A model generated the notes under the pieces. The model worked only from the letters and a program-made list of their open reading frames with translations. It ran no database searches and was not told where the DNA came from. Of a stretch of DNA of 64,000 nt, positions 47,191 through 57,380 are shown piece by piece (the stretch's first letter is position 1; each line of letters begins with the position of its first letter). Position numbers and translations under genes: made by a program. Origin of the DNA: an uncultured virus (IMG/VR IMGVR_UViG_3300034062_004993) (Duplodnaviria; Heunggongvirae; Uroviricota; Caudoviricetes); the IMG/VR virus record IMGVR_UViG_3300034062_004993. The stretch is one strand, 5' to 3'.

Positions 47191-49536
47191 TTAATAGAAT
47201 AAACCTAAAATTTGATTAATCGGAGCGAAAACTCCAGTAAGTTTCAGAGTATTGCCTTTATATACAAAAACAATTCCTTCTTTTGGAACAATTTTATTTA
47301 CACCACCAATCGCTTCTAATCTTTCTAATTCCATTTTAAGCTTAGCAACTTTCTTAGGGTCTCCACCCGTTTTAACATCTTTAATAGTTTGGTCTAATCT
47401 CGTTTTAATACTACGAATTGCTTCATCGGGATTTACAGTTAGTACTGAACTCATAAATGATAATACCTCAGAACCAACACCCAAAAATATATCCTCAAAT
47501 GGTCGAATATTATCTTTTGATATTTTTTGGTGGTCGTTTTTATCCACACCCAATGCCCATTGTAATACTTTTTCCGATTTAATTGTTTTGTTACTTAATC
47601 CAAAACCTTTATTAAAGAATGCCCACCTTCTTATTAATCCGTCTTTTGTTTCTTTATCTAACTTTTCAGGTGAATTTTTTTCTATGTAATCATCCCACCA
47701 AGCCTGATGATACTCTGCCATACCATAGCTATCTTTTAACCCAAATTTAGATTGTAATTTTTGCAACATCCCCAAAAACTTTGGTTGTAATTGTTTTAAG
47801 CTTTCCTCTTTTGGTAATTGAGTAACGGGTGGTCCTTGTATGGTATATTTGTCTTGAACATGCTGATTTACTTGTTTAATCATCCCAGCTAATACGGTAG
47901 CATCAGATTGCTCTGCTCCAATTGCCACACCACTATCATCGTATTCAGTTGTGTTATGAAATACTAATAGAGCCTGACCATAAGGTATTACATTTACGGA
48001 GGTTGGATAAATAACCTCTAAGTTCATAAATTTCTTACCCTGCTTAAATATTTTGTCCCGTTGTGCTTTGGATAAACTACCCATTGCTTTTTCTAAATCT
48101 TTCATAGCAAAGTTGTAAGCATCAGTTAATCCACCTCTACCAGCAAATTTAGTAGCAACATCCTTTATGGACATTGCGTTTTCACCACTATTTGCTAAAT
48201 GCCCTTTATTTCTTGCAGCAATTAATCCCCTATCATCTCTCCAGCTAATAGCAAGTGCTTGGCCATCTGTTTTTTCTCGAGTCAGTTCAAGTTCACCATT
48301 TAGGGCTTTTGTTATTATGTTTTTTAAATCACCAAAAGTTAAATTTAATTCATTATCAAATGGATGATTCATATGACCGTATGCACCACCTTCGGTTAAA
48401 AAGTTGGAAAACCTTTTACCAATAGTTTCCAATAATTTATATTGTTTTTTATCTAATATTTCTAGTTTTTTACCAAGTACCCACTCAACAACCTCATAAC
48501 CCATTCCTCTATATACTTCTTTTAAATCAACATCTTCTAATCCAGTTATTTCAACCTCCGGCGCATTTTGGGTAGTATCTAACGGAGATGTTGCCAGGTC
48601 AGCAGTTAAATAATCTTCGGTTTCAGGAATATCCAACAAATCATCCATTGTGAATACCTTTCTCCTACTTACATATTGATAAAAATCACCAGTACCTTTT
48701 GCACTTTTTCTAACCATTACATCTGCTTTTGGAAAATGCATTTGGGTATATCCACCATTTACAAACCAATAATCATTTTTTTGTGCACCTTTTCCTAGTC
48801 CTAATATTCTTTCTTTATTATCTGGAACATAAATTGCATCAGGTTCTCCTGCATCCGCACCATATCCGCCACCTAATGTCGATTCAATTAGGGGAACTAT
48901 ATTATAATTTTGTAAAAAATTGGTTACTATTTCGTTTACACCACCCAACCTTTTAGAAATCATATTAAATATTTCCTGATTCCATTGTGGGTATGCTTTC
49001 TTAAAACCGGCTTTCTTTTGTGAATCGCTCCCCTTCGATAACCAATTACGAACATCAGTTCCACTTATTGGATTCTTTTGAGAAGGTGATACATACACAT
49101 ACCCATGGTCTTTATAACCAAATGCGGGTTTGAAACCATCGCCCGAATGAAATTTCTTAAAATACTTTCCACCAAGTCTTGCAGCGTCTTTCTCACCAAC
49201 AACAGTTACAAATGCGGTTGTTTCATCTGAAAACTTTTTTAGTATTTCCGTTGGATTATATGGATTTTTTACTTGAACAATTTTGTTGGGTGGAACACCA
49301 AACATTGTGGTCATTATTTTTTTCTTCTCCAAAAAATTGAAAGGGTCTTTTGGTCCACCACTTTTGTTGGATGTCCCAATGAATACATTTTCTTTACCGA
49401 ATTTTGATACTAAATGCGCATATGTTGCGTAATGCCCTTTATGAAATGGTTGAAATCTACCCGCGTAAACTACAACAGTCTTATTTACTTCTTCGGTTAA
49501 TACAGATTTAACCCATTCTTTTATTAAATTTCCCAT
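47191..49536 (-). CDS. HIGH-family (cytidylyltransferase-like) domain fused to a KxDG ligase-like domain
   Basis: GRFQPFHKGH and ISGTDVR in the N-terminal part; EGGAYGHMNHPFD, EKTDG and PKEGIVF in the C-terminal part. Confidence 0.75.
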   Translation of the reverse strand: MGNLIKEWVKSVLTEEVNKTVVVYAGRFQPFHKGHYATYAHLVSKFGKENVFIGTSNKSGGPKDPFNFLEKKKIMTTMFGVPPNKIVQVKNPYNPTEILKKFSDETTAFVTVVGEKDAARLGGKYFKKFHSGDGFKPAFGYKDHGYVYVSPSQKNPISGTDVRNWLSKGSDSQKKAGFKKAYPQWNQEIFNMISKRLGGVNEIVTNFLQNYNIVPLIESTLGGGYGADAGEPDAIYVPDNKERILGLGKGAQKNDYWFVNGGYTQMHFPKADVMVRKSAKGTGDFYQYVSRRKVFTMDDLLDIPETEDYLTADLATSPLDTTQNAPEVEITGLEDVDLKEVYRGMGYEVVEWVLGKKLEILDKKQYKLLETIGKRFSNFLTEGGAYGHMNHPFDNELNLTFGDLKNIITKALNGELELTREKTDGQALAISWRDDRGLIAARNKGHLANSGENAMSIKDVATKFAGRGGLTDAYNFAMKDLEKAMGSLSKAQRDKIFKQGKKFMNLEVIYPTSVNVIPYGQALLVFHNTTEYDDSGVAIGAEQSDATVLAGMIKQVNQHVQDKYTIQGPPVTQLPKEESLKQLQPKFLGMLQKLQSKFGLKDSYGMAEYHQAWWDDYIEKNSPEKLDKETKDGLIRRWAFFNKGFGLSNKTIKSEKVLQWALGVDKNDHQKISKDNIRPFEDIFLGVGSEVLSFMSSVLTVNPDEAIRSIKTRLDQTIKDVKTGGDPKKVAKLKMELERLEAIGGVNKIVPKEGIVFVYKGNTLKLTGVFAPINQILGLFY

Positions 49537-49569
49537 ATGAATATAAATATAAGATTATTGATTAATCAA

Positions 49570-51348
49570 TTATGATGTATATGATGATGAATAATATGGT
49601 AAAAATATTATAACATCTGCTAGCCCAGAACCACCCGAATAATCATTTTTTAATTTAATTTGTAGATATCCATCTGGGTCGGCCAAAATACCCACAACAT
49701 CAAGCTCACTTCTATTTGGATTTCTAATTATCGGAATATCACCATTCGTCCAATCGGTTTTATTTTGGTCGTTCAAAGTTTCTGGTACTGGTGGGGTTGT
49801 TCCTCCCCAAATAGTACCTGTTAAATCTAATCCCAATCGATCATATTCGGTTTCAGTAATAACATCCGAAATATTTGTTGATAATGTGTATGCGCTGTTT
49901 GCAGTAGTAGTTGTTGTTACTAAGCTACTACTTACTGATGTCAATGTAGAATTAGTTGTTACTAAACTACTACTCACCGATGTCAATTCGGAGTTAGTTG
50001 TTATTAAACTACTACTCACATCAATAACAATATCACTTAAAGATGATAAAGATTGGCTTAATTCGGTGATATCACCGCCACCAGTTGATTGAGCATTATA
50101 TCCTTGAAAATAATGGTTATATAATACCGACTCGTAGTTTGCAAAATCGTTTAGAGAATTTAAATATTCAACCTTTATATCATTTGCAGTATTTTTATTT
50201 GGTGGGTTAAAAATAAATGTATAAGTTGATTCGGTTAAATTTGTTTTTGTATCAGAATAGATATCTGTCAAAGAACCTGTTATAGGTTCGTTTATTAATT
50301 TTGTTCCAATTAACTGATACTCGGTTGTAGCATCCCCCGTTGCTTTTGATTTAATATAAACATTTATTTTATCAATATTACCTACAAGTGGATTTATATT
50401 CTTTACTGTGATATGTGCTAGTGATTGAGAAAATGTGGTAGCAGAACCAGTATTAATAGTTTCTAAAATAAAACTACCCGTAGAAAATGCGGTAAATGTT
50501 TTTTGTAATGATTCGGTTTTAGTTATTACCGATGCCGTCAATGGTCTATCAACCCTAAATTTTCTGCTTGTTAAAAAAGATTGTATGGATGCAGTATAAC
50601 TTAATGGTTTTAACATACCAGCACTTATTTCTGCTGATGTAAGTTGTGGTGTTAATGAAACATTTTGTAAATTAATTTTTATTTGACCACCAACCGAATT
50701 TTGATTTAATTGATATGATGGTGTTTCTAAAAAAACATTTTGACCTGAAAAATCAGATGAGTAAACAATAGTTTGATTGATAGATTGTGTTACTAATTGT
50801 AATGAAGTTTCTGCTGGTATTTCTTTATAAAACGATAGTGATTCAGATACAGTTATAGTTGGCGCTGCATTCTGATTAAAGAAAACAATTGGAGATTCGG
50901 TTCTAACATCCCTACTTATAGAAAATCGTCTACGCCACCTAACATTTAAAACATTTTTAAATTCTTCTGGTATATCTCCACCAACAGCCGTTCTTTCGGC
51001 TATTCCACACAATATAATTTCACCAACACCATTTGGGGTGTTGTAGGAATCATCTCTTTCACCATAAACCCAAGCCGAAATATATCTTGATAAATCTCCT
51101 GGTTCGTAATCAGGTATCTCATAATATATTGATTCACCATTTATATCTAATATCTCAATGTATATTTGTGAATTTGCTTTTAATGTAAATCTACTTGGTT
51201 TTATTCGTATGGCATTTTTACCCCTACCAAAAAAAGATGGAAATTCTTTAATACCAAAATATTCATCAGATGTTGATGAATTATCTTCTATATAAACAGG
51301 TATTAATTTTAAATTTTCTTTAAATCTTTTTTTAAACTCTAACGGCAT
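49570..51348 (-). CDS. Putative virion (baseplate/fibre-associated) protein
   Basis: Beta-rich N-terminus, 14-aa LTSVSSSLVTTNS repeats, C-terminal motif shared with 9880..13311. Confidence 0.6.
   Translation of the reverse strand: MPLEFKKRFKENLKLIPVYIEDNSSTSDEYFGIKEFPSFFGRGKNAIRIKPSRFTLKANSQIYIEILDINGESIYYEIPDYEPGDLSRYISAWVYGERDDSYNTPNGVGEIILCGIAERTAVGGDIPEEFKNVLNVRWRRRFSISRDVRTESPIVFFNQNAAPTITVSESLSFYKEIPAETSLQLVTQSINQTIVYSSDFSGQNVFLETPSYQLNQNSVGGQIKINLQNVSLTPQLTSAEISAGMLKPLSYTASIQSFLTSRKFRVDRPLTASVITKTESLQKTFTAFSTGSFILETINTGSATTFSQSLAHITVKNINPLVGNIDKINVYIKSKATGDATTEYQLIGTKLINEPITGSLTDIYSDTKTNLTESTYTFIFNPPNKNTANDIKVEYLNSLNDFANYESVLYNHYFQGYNAQSTGGGDITELSQSLSSLSDIVIDVSSSLITTNSELTSVSSSLVTTNSTLTSVSSSLVTTTTTANSAYTLSTNISDVITETEYDRLGLDLTGTIWGGTTPPVPETLNDQNKTDWTNGDIPIIRNPNRSELDVVGILADPDGYLQIKLKNDYSGGSGLADVIIFLPYYSSSYTS
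49913..50019. repeat. 42-bp imperfect tandem repeat (about 2.5 copies)
   Basis: gttgttactaa(g/a)ctactact units encoding LTSVSSSLVTTNS. Confidence 0.75.
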
Positions 51349-51363
51349 TTGTATCTCCCATAA

Positions 51364-54300
51364 TTATAAGTATTTTATAGATGAAAAAGAGTTTACTTTA
51401 TTAATATCAATTATCTGGTCTACCATATCCCTCGTTTTATCTATATGGGATATTGTAATAATAAAATCAAATTGAGTTTTTAAATAATCAAATAACAAAT
51501 ACAAAGAATTAAAATTATCAGTATCCAAAGAACCAAATCCCTCATCAATAGCGATAAAATTTGGATGAGGTAAGTTGGATACATTGATTAACGCAGTTCT
51601 AATTGCGATAGAACTTACAAACTTTTCCATACCACTAGTCAATTCTAATGGCCAATACTTATCATCTCCATAACAAATATATGAATTGATATTTTTACCA
51701 TCAGTGTCCAATATAATTTGGAAATCTACAATTGGTTGAAGTATATTGTTTATTTCTACTTCCAGCTTTGGTAATATTTCTGATATCAACCCATATGGAA
51801 TACCATCTCTTTTTACAGCTGATAAATAATACTCATATCCGGCATACTTTATTTCCATCAAATTTAATTTTTCAATAGATTGATTCACCGTTTCAATTAT
51901 ATTTTGTTGAACCCGTAAACCCCCCAATAAATCAATCAAATTATTTGTAGCATTCGCAAGTTCGGATTGAACCCCTTTTCTTTTTTGCTTCAAATCATTA
52001 ATTTCTTCAGTTAATATCCTATTGAACTCAACAGATTTTTCTTGCTTTTTAGCCCTTTCAATATCATCAACCAATTTTTCATATCTTGTTTCAATCTTTG
52101 TATAATCGGATTTATAATCGTTTAATTGAGATAATAGTAAGTAATATTTGCTATTGGTTTGTTGCTCCTTTTCTTTGATTTGGTTTACCTTTTCTAAATC
52201 GGATTTCACATCACAACCACGCTGCGCTTCTATTTTTTCACTCAACTGGATTTTTAACTCATCAATTTTTGTGTTTAACGAATTTATCTTTTTTTCTAAC
52301 TCCAAACTTTGTTGTGCAAATGGTGTATTTTTATTATTTACACAATGTTCACAATTATCATCGTATGTAAAAGAACCAATACCTTCTAAATGCTTTTTAC
52401 TGTGCGATAAATCAATTTCATACTTTGATACAGTTCCCCTTATTAAAGAAATATCACGCTCTAAAATACGCCATTCATTATCTTTTTGTTTTAATTCTTC
52501 TAAATTATATTGAGTATAAAAATCAGAAATCCTAGAAAGTTTTTCTTGTAATGGAACTAAATCTGCTTCCATATCTCTAATGGTGTATGATATTACTTTG
52601 CTATCATTTTTACAGTCAATCAGTTCATTGTTAAGCGATTCTAAATTTAATGTTCCATCCACTACAACCAACTTAGTAGATTTATTTTCAATATTTTGAT
52701 TCAATATGTTTAATTGAGATTCTAATTCAACTTTTTCAGATTCCAATTTAGAAATAGAACCTGTCATAGCTTGAACATTCAATTCAGCAGATGATAATTT
52801 TGTTGGAAAATCTTGTCCCTTATAATCTTTCAATAGGGTTGATAATTCTTTTATTTCTTCACTTGCCACAGAATATAACTGCTCAAACACATCCATATCC
52901 AAAAATTGAGCAAGTAGTTCTTTTCTTTCTTTCTGCGATTTATCAATAAAACCTGAATTATTAAATTGAGTAGAAAGAGCAGTCAATATAAAATCATCAT
53001 ATGTTCCCACATACTGCCTGATAACCGAGTTTGTATCCCTTCTTTCATCACCATTCAAACTTTCAATATCACCAGCATCATTGTAAGTATAAAACTGAGT
53101 ATCAACTTTTACAGTTCCTTTTTTTGTAGATTTATTTGCTTTTCTTTCAATAACATAATCCCTCCCATTCAACTCGAAAATAAACTTACAATAAAAGTTG
53201 TTTTTAGAATAATTCATTACATCAACTGCTTTTGATGTCCTCGAACACTTATCAAAAATACAAAAAGATAAAGCATCCCACAAAGATGATTTACCACTTG
53301 CGTTTGGCGCAAAGACACCATACGCACCTTTCATATTTTGAAAGTTTATATAGTTATCTTCACCATACGAAAACATATTTGAGAACTCAAATACCTTTGG
53401 TATCCAAACCGAACTTCTTATTGAATATGGATTTACAATTTTTGAGTTTATATCAGCGTTAATACTCTTTACAACTTCCAATGTTTCAGTATCAATTCCA
53501 AATTTTGATATTAAATAATCTTCCAACAATTTGTTTTGAAAACCAACATCTCTGACATTGTATAAAGTTATTTGCTCTCTTTTACCAACATCATTCGTAG
53601 ATAATACTTTTTGAATACTTAATTCTTCTACTTCGTATTTCTTTTTTAATTGTGTTATAATCTTATTTAATTGGGTTGTTGTAGTATCTTTTACCCGCAA
53701 CCTTAATCTGGGTTTTGGTGGAATGTATCCATTTGTAGTTATTTTACCACCATCAATATCTATCGTTCCATACCCATACGCATTCTCAATATGAACGAAT
53801 GTAGAGGACTTTGTTTGTATATCCCATACCAATATACCATGTTCAGGATAAATTGATTCTGAGTGGTTCTGTGAAATCAGGGAGCCTGGATATTTTATTG
53901 TATGCACTCCCCCAACCGAATTGTTGGGAACGTGGATATCCCCCAAAAGAACTAAGTCATATCCATTAAAAGATTCTACCGTAACTTTTTTATTATCAAT
54001 TTTAAAACCATGTTCGGTTTGTATTCCATCAACCGGCCCATGAAATAAACCTATCTTAAATTCACCATCAACATCTGAGCTGGGTATAAATCCATCCGAA
54101 CCATCAAAAACGGATTTGTGTACAAAAGTAACACCACCAAATTCAAATATTGTTGTGTTTTTATAGTAATGTAAATTTGGGTGATTTAAAGCTTGGACAA
54201 TTGGTGAAAGAGCATCTAATCGTGAAGGATTATTTAAGTTTGCATCATGATTACCAGGAATCAAAATTGTAGGCATGATATCAGATAAACTTCTTAAAAA

Positions 54301-54504
54301 GTTTTGCGTCATATCAACTACTTCAGGTGTCATATCAGTTTTAGCATGAACAATATCGCCTGCAAGAAGGATAATTGAATCATCATCCCTTACCGATTTT
54401 AGATAATCATATAAACGATTAAACACCAAACTATATTCTTTATGCCTTTTTAAATTTCGGATATGAATATCTGCTATGTGATAAATCTTATTTAACTTCT
54501 TCAT
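51364..54504 (-). CDS. Fused SbcD/Mre11 nuclease and SbcC/Rad50 ATPase (gp47+gp46-like)
   Basis: ADIH, AGD, GNHD, FHG and GDIH phosphoesterase motifs; Walker A APNASGKS, hook CEHC, TSGMEK signature, IDEGFGSLD, ISH. Confidence 0.95.
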   Translation of the reverse strand: MKKLNKIYHIADIHIRNLKRHKEYSLVFNRLYDYLKSVRDDDSIILLAGDIVHAKTDMTPEVVDMTQNFLRSLSDIMPTILIPGNHDANLNNPSRLDALSPIVQALNHPNLHYYKNTTIFEFGGVTFVHKSVFDGSDGFIPSSDVDGEFKIGLFHGPVDGIQTEHGFKIDNKKVTVESFNGYDLVLLGDIHVPNNSVGGVHTIKYPGSLISQNHSESIYPEHGILVWDIQTKSSTFVHIENAYGYGTIDIDGGKITTNGYIPPKPRLRLRVKDTTTTQLNKIITQLKKKYEVEELSIQKVLSTNDVGKREQITLYNVRDVGFQNKLLEDYLISKFGIDTETLEVVKSINADINSKIVNPYSIRSSVWIPKVFEFSNMFSYGEDNYINFQNMKGAYGVFAPNASGKSSLWDALSFCIFDKCSRTSKAVDVMNYSKNNFYCKFIFELNGRDYVIERKANKSTKKGTVKVDTQFYTYNDAGDIESLNGDERRDTNSVIRQYVGTYDDFILTALSTQFNNSGFIDKSQKERKELLAQFLDMDVFEQLYSVASEEIKELSTLLKDYKGQDFPTKLSSAELNVQAMTGSISKLESEKVELESQLNILNQNIENKSTKLVVVDGTLNLESLNNELIDCKNDSKVISYTIRDMEADLVPLQEKLSRISDFYTQYNLEELKQKDNEWRILERDISLIRGTVSKYEIDLSHSKKHLEGIGSFTYDDNCEHCVNNKNTPFAQQSLELEKKINSLNTKIDELKIQLSEKIEAQRGCDVKSDLEKVNQIKEKEQQTNSKYYLLLSQLNDYKSDYTKIETRYEKLVDDIERAKKQEKSVEFNRILTEEINDLKQKRKGVQSELANATNNLIDLLGGLRVQQNIIETVNQSIEKLNLMEIKYAGYEYYLSAVKRDGIPYGLISEILPKLEVEINNILQPIVDFQIILDTDGKNINSYICYGDDKYWPLELTSGMEKFVSSIAIRTALINVSNLPHPNFIAIDEGFGSLDTDNFNSLYLLFDYLKTQFDFIITISHIDKTRDMVDQIIDINKVNSFSSIKYL

Positions 54505-55436
54505 TTTCTCCCAAACATTTTGTGTTCAACCAACTTTAATAAATCAAGCGGAGGTGTATTATATATTTTAGTGTTTATTTTGTCATACCCCAATTCAGAT
54601 GCATCTTCTTTATCCAAATCAACCAAATGTGATTGAATACCAAATCCCATAAGTTTTTCACACAACTGAATAGAATTTTGGATAGCATCTTTATCAAGAC
54701 ACACATACACTTTGGATACTTTTTTATCTAATATCTTTTTTTCTAACTTTTGCGGAATGGTTTTACCAAAAATTGGTATTGCGTTCCTACGAATAGAGAT
54801 AGCATCAAAGACACCCTCACAAATTACAATTGCTTCATTCCAATTTATAAATAAATCAAAACCAATAATATCTTTTGATACTTTTGGGTTCTTATGCTTT
54901 TGTGGTGTATCGTAAAAAGCCCTACTGACAAAGTAATTTAATATACCCTCCGAATCATAGGATGGAATTATTATCCTATTAGAATATACACCCTCTTCAC
55001 AATAACCTATATTGTATTTAACAATATCACCAGGTCTTATACCCCGTCCCAAAACATAATTAAGAGCATGATTATAAATTGGTGATTTTCTATTTTCCCA
55101 TAATGGATGAAACTCTTTTGGCAATTCCACCCTTTCTATAACATCATTATATTCCCTCTGAGTTACAAATCTATCAACTTTACTTAAAATAGAGTTGTGT
55201 TCATCCCAAACCTCTTTTGATACACCCAGCTTCTTAAAAAGAGAACGGATTGTTTTTCCTTTCTCGTCTGAAATCCAACAGTGCCAACGATTTTCACCAT
55301 TTTGGGTTTTAATATTTATTTCAAGCTTTGGTTTATAGTGGTCTGTAAATGGTGAGTAAAAAGCATAATTATCCCCAGTAGTTTTTTTACTCTTTCCCAA
55401 TACCCGTTCTAAAAGCTCAAGCAGTCTTTCTTCCAT
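54501..55436 (-). CDS. DNA primase (DnaG / gp61-type TOPRIM)
   Basis: RIIIPS, CEGVFDAI and CLDKDA motifs. Confidence 0.9.
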   Translation of the reverse strand: MEERLLELLERVLGKSKKTTGDNYAFYSPFTDHYKPKLEINIKTQNGENRWHCWISDEKGKTIRSLFKKLGVSKEVWDEHNSILSKVDRFVTQREYNDVIERVELPKEFHPLWENRKSPIYNHALNYVLGRGIRPGDIVKYNIGYCEEGVYSNRIIIPSYDSEGILNYFVSRAFYDTPQKHKNPKVSKDIIGFDLFINWNEAIVICEGVFDAISIRRNAIPIFGKTIPQKLEKKILDKKVSKVYVCLDKDAIQNSIQLCEKLMGFGIQSHLVDLDKEDASELGYDKINTKIYNTPPLDLLKLVEHKMFGRK

Positions 55437-56031
55437 AACCCCTTAAATCATATGTATAAATATGTTTCGGTAAATTAGTAATTATTTTTACACCGGAATC
55501 ACCAGCTTTATATCTCTTGTTTATTTCAACACCATACGGCCTATCCAACATAGAAAGTGTTCTAATGTGAAATGATTTTCCATCAACCTCCAAAGATTTT
55601 GATGGGGATGTTTCACCTAAATAATTAAAATTAGAAGCCCGATATATAACACCACTATGCCCTTGATTTTGGTCTGCGTAACTTATAATATATTCCCAAT
55701 CCGTATTTTTCTTTAACCACTTAATTGTTTTGGATATAAAATAGGACTCTGCGTTTTTGGGTGTATCATCAACCAAACACAATCTTCGTAACTCCAATAC
55801 CTTATCAGGACGAGTGGGGTGATAAGTCTGCCCAGCAGTTGGGCCGGCAGGACGGGTGTAAATGCAGACACCAATTATTTCAGGCATTCCAAAATTTCCT
55901 TCACGCAATAAAATAAAAGCGTGTTTTGTTTGTATATTGACATAATCCGAGTAGTGCCATCTTTTCAAGAAAGCACGAATGTTAGAATTAAATGTAGTAT
56001 GCTCTACTGCGTATGTTTTTATTATACCCAT
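55417..56031 (-). CDS. Mom-like (GNAT-fold) DNA modification protein
   Basis: HYS, ELRRL, PKNAESYFIS and ISYADQNQGHSGVIYRASNF motifs. Confidence 0.8.
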   Translation of the reverse strand: MGIIKTYAVEHTTFNSNIRAFLKRWHYSDYVNIQTKHAFILLREGNFGMPEIIGVCIYTRPAGPTAGQTYHPTRPDKVLELRRLCLVDDTPKNAESYFISKTIKWLKKNTDWEYIISYADQNQGHSGVIYRASNFNYLGETSPSKSLEVDGKSFHIRTLSMLDRPYGVEINKRYKAGDSGVKIITNLPKHIYTYDLRGYGRKTA

Positions 56032-56038
56032 TCCCACA

Positions 56039-56069
56039 CAATATACAACAGAAAATCTAATTATCCAAA
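56039..56069 (-). promoter_or_regulatory. Candidate host-sigma (Bacteroidota-like) promoter
   Basis: Minus strand TTTG-N20-TATATTG, close to the TTTG / TAnnTTTG consensus; sits before the Mom-primase-Mre11/Rad50 genes. Confidence 0.45.
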
Positions 56070-56480
56070 TAAAAATGATTTTGGTTCTTCATTTATCCAC
56101 TCTTGTGGTATATCTTTATTAGACCACTTAAATCCATTTTTATCTGCCCACATTCCATATGTAGTTTTTGATTTTTTAGTTAATTTTGCGTTTGGGTTCT
56201 GAAATACAAATCTAATATCTAAATCAGGTTTTTGCTGTTTTATCAAAAGATGTTTTTTTCTATCTTCTAATGTGAATCTTCCTTTTGTTTCCACGAATAT
56301 TCCGTTTGGTAATCTAAAATCAGGCTTATATGTGTGATTTGTAGCAGGTTTAGTATATTGTATTTGATGCTTTTCATATTCACCATCAATACCCTTACTT
56401 TTTAATTCATCCGAAACTTTATCCTCAAGACCGGAGCGATGCCCCTTAGTCCTTTGGATATGACCCCAATTTTTTCCCAT
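56061..56480 (-). CDS. T7 endonuclease I-like Holliday junction resolvase
   Basis: RSGLE, YKPDF.LPNGIFVETKGRF, DRKKHLLIK, DIRFVF, TTYGMW. Confidence 0.93.
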   Translation of the reverse strand: MGKNWGHIQRTKGHRSGLEDKVSDELKSKGIDGEYEKHQIQYTKPATNHTYKPDFRLPNGIFVETKGRFTLEDRKKHLLIKQQKPDLDIRFVFQNPNAKLTKKSKTTYGMWADKNGFKWSNKDIPQEWINEEPKSFLFG

Positions 56481-56482
56481 AA

Positions 56483-57367
56483 CTAATCTATATCAAACTT
56501 CACATTTATAAATAAATCCGTAATTACACTTTTCTTTAAAGGTGCACCTAATTTAGCAACAGCCATCATTTCATCGTTATCATTATATAATCCAATCGTT
56601 GTAATATATGGAGAAAATACGGATGATGTTGTAAACCCTGCTCTACTTCCAAAAGAACCACTAACTAATGATGTTGGGTGAGTAGATACATTAAACTCAT
56701 CTTTACCAATATGACAGGTTATATTTGTTTCATCAATTGTTTTTGTTGCTTTATAATTTAAAACAAACCCACGATTTGATGTGTAATCCCATTCACCATT
56801 ACCCAAAAAAGTGTTTTGATTAATTGATGAGGTGTTAGTCATTACAATCAAACCCTCCCTATAAAAAATATAACCATATGTTGCTGATGATGATACAATA
56901 GTTCCAAAATTAGAATCTATTTTAGAATCGGTATAATATCTAAAATCGGTGGATGAACCATAATAATTTGTTATATTAACTGATTTAGGTTTTATTTCAT
57001 ACCCAAACTTATAAACAGGAACTGATAAAATTGATGCTGTTGGGTGTAGTGTTAATCTTGAATCATCTGCAAAATGCGTTTGATACAAGCTTCTCCATAA
57101 AGTTTTTTGATAAATACCACTCAAACCATCATAGGTAGAACTTTGTGTTAAATCGGTAGAGGTAAATTCAAACGCACCACTAACATGCGGTTTAATAGCT
57201 CTTAGGGTTGAAATACCAAACGATGTATAATGATTTGAATCGGTTACTTCATACCTTTTATGTGCAATAAATTCTCTTTCTTGAGAAAATAATTGATTTA
57301 TTCTTTTAAACCCAACATTAATGGTTTCGGAATTACTTCCTCTTAATACAATTTTTTGTTCTGCCAT
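56483..57367 (-). CDS. Putative baseplate protein, paralog of 57381..58457
   Basis: C-terminal YITTIGLYND..EMMAVAKL..P...VKFD. Confidence 0.6.
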   Translation of the reverse strand: MAEQKIVLRGSNSETINVGFKRINQLFSQEREFIAHKRYEVTDSNHYTSFGISTLRAIKPHVSGAFEFTSTDLTQSSTYDGLSGIYQKTLWRSLYQTHFADDSRLTLHPTASILSVPVYKFGYEIKPKSVNITNYYGSSTDFRYYTDSKIDSNFGTIVSSSATYGYIFYREGLIVMTNTSSINQNTFLGNGEWDYTSNRGFVLNYKATKTIDETNITCHIGKDEFNVSTHPTSLVSGSFGSRAGFTTSSVFSPYITTIGLYNDNDEMMAVAKLGAPLKKSVITDLFINVKFDID

Positions 57368-57380
57368 TAATTATCATTGT

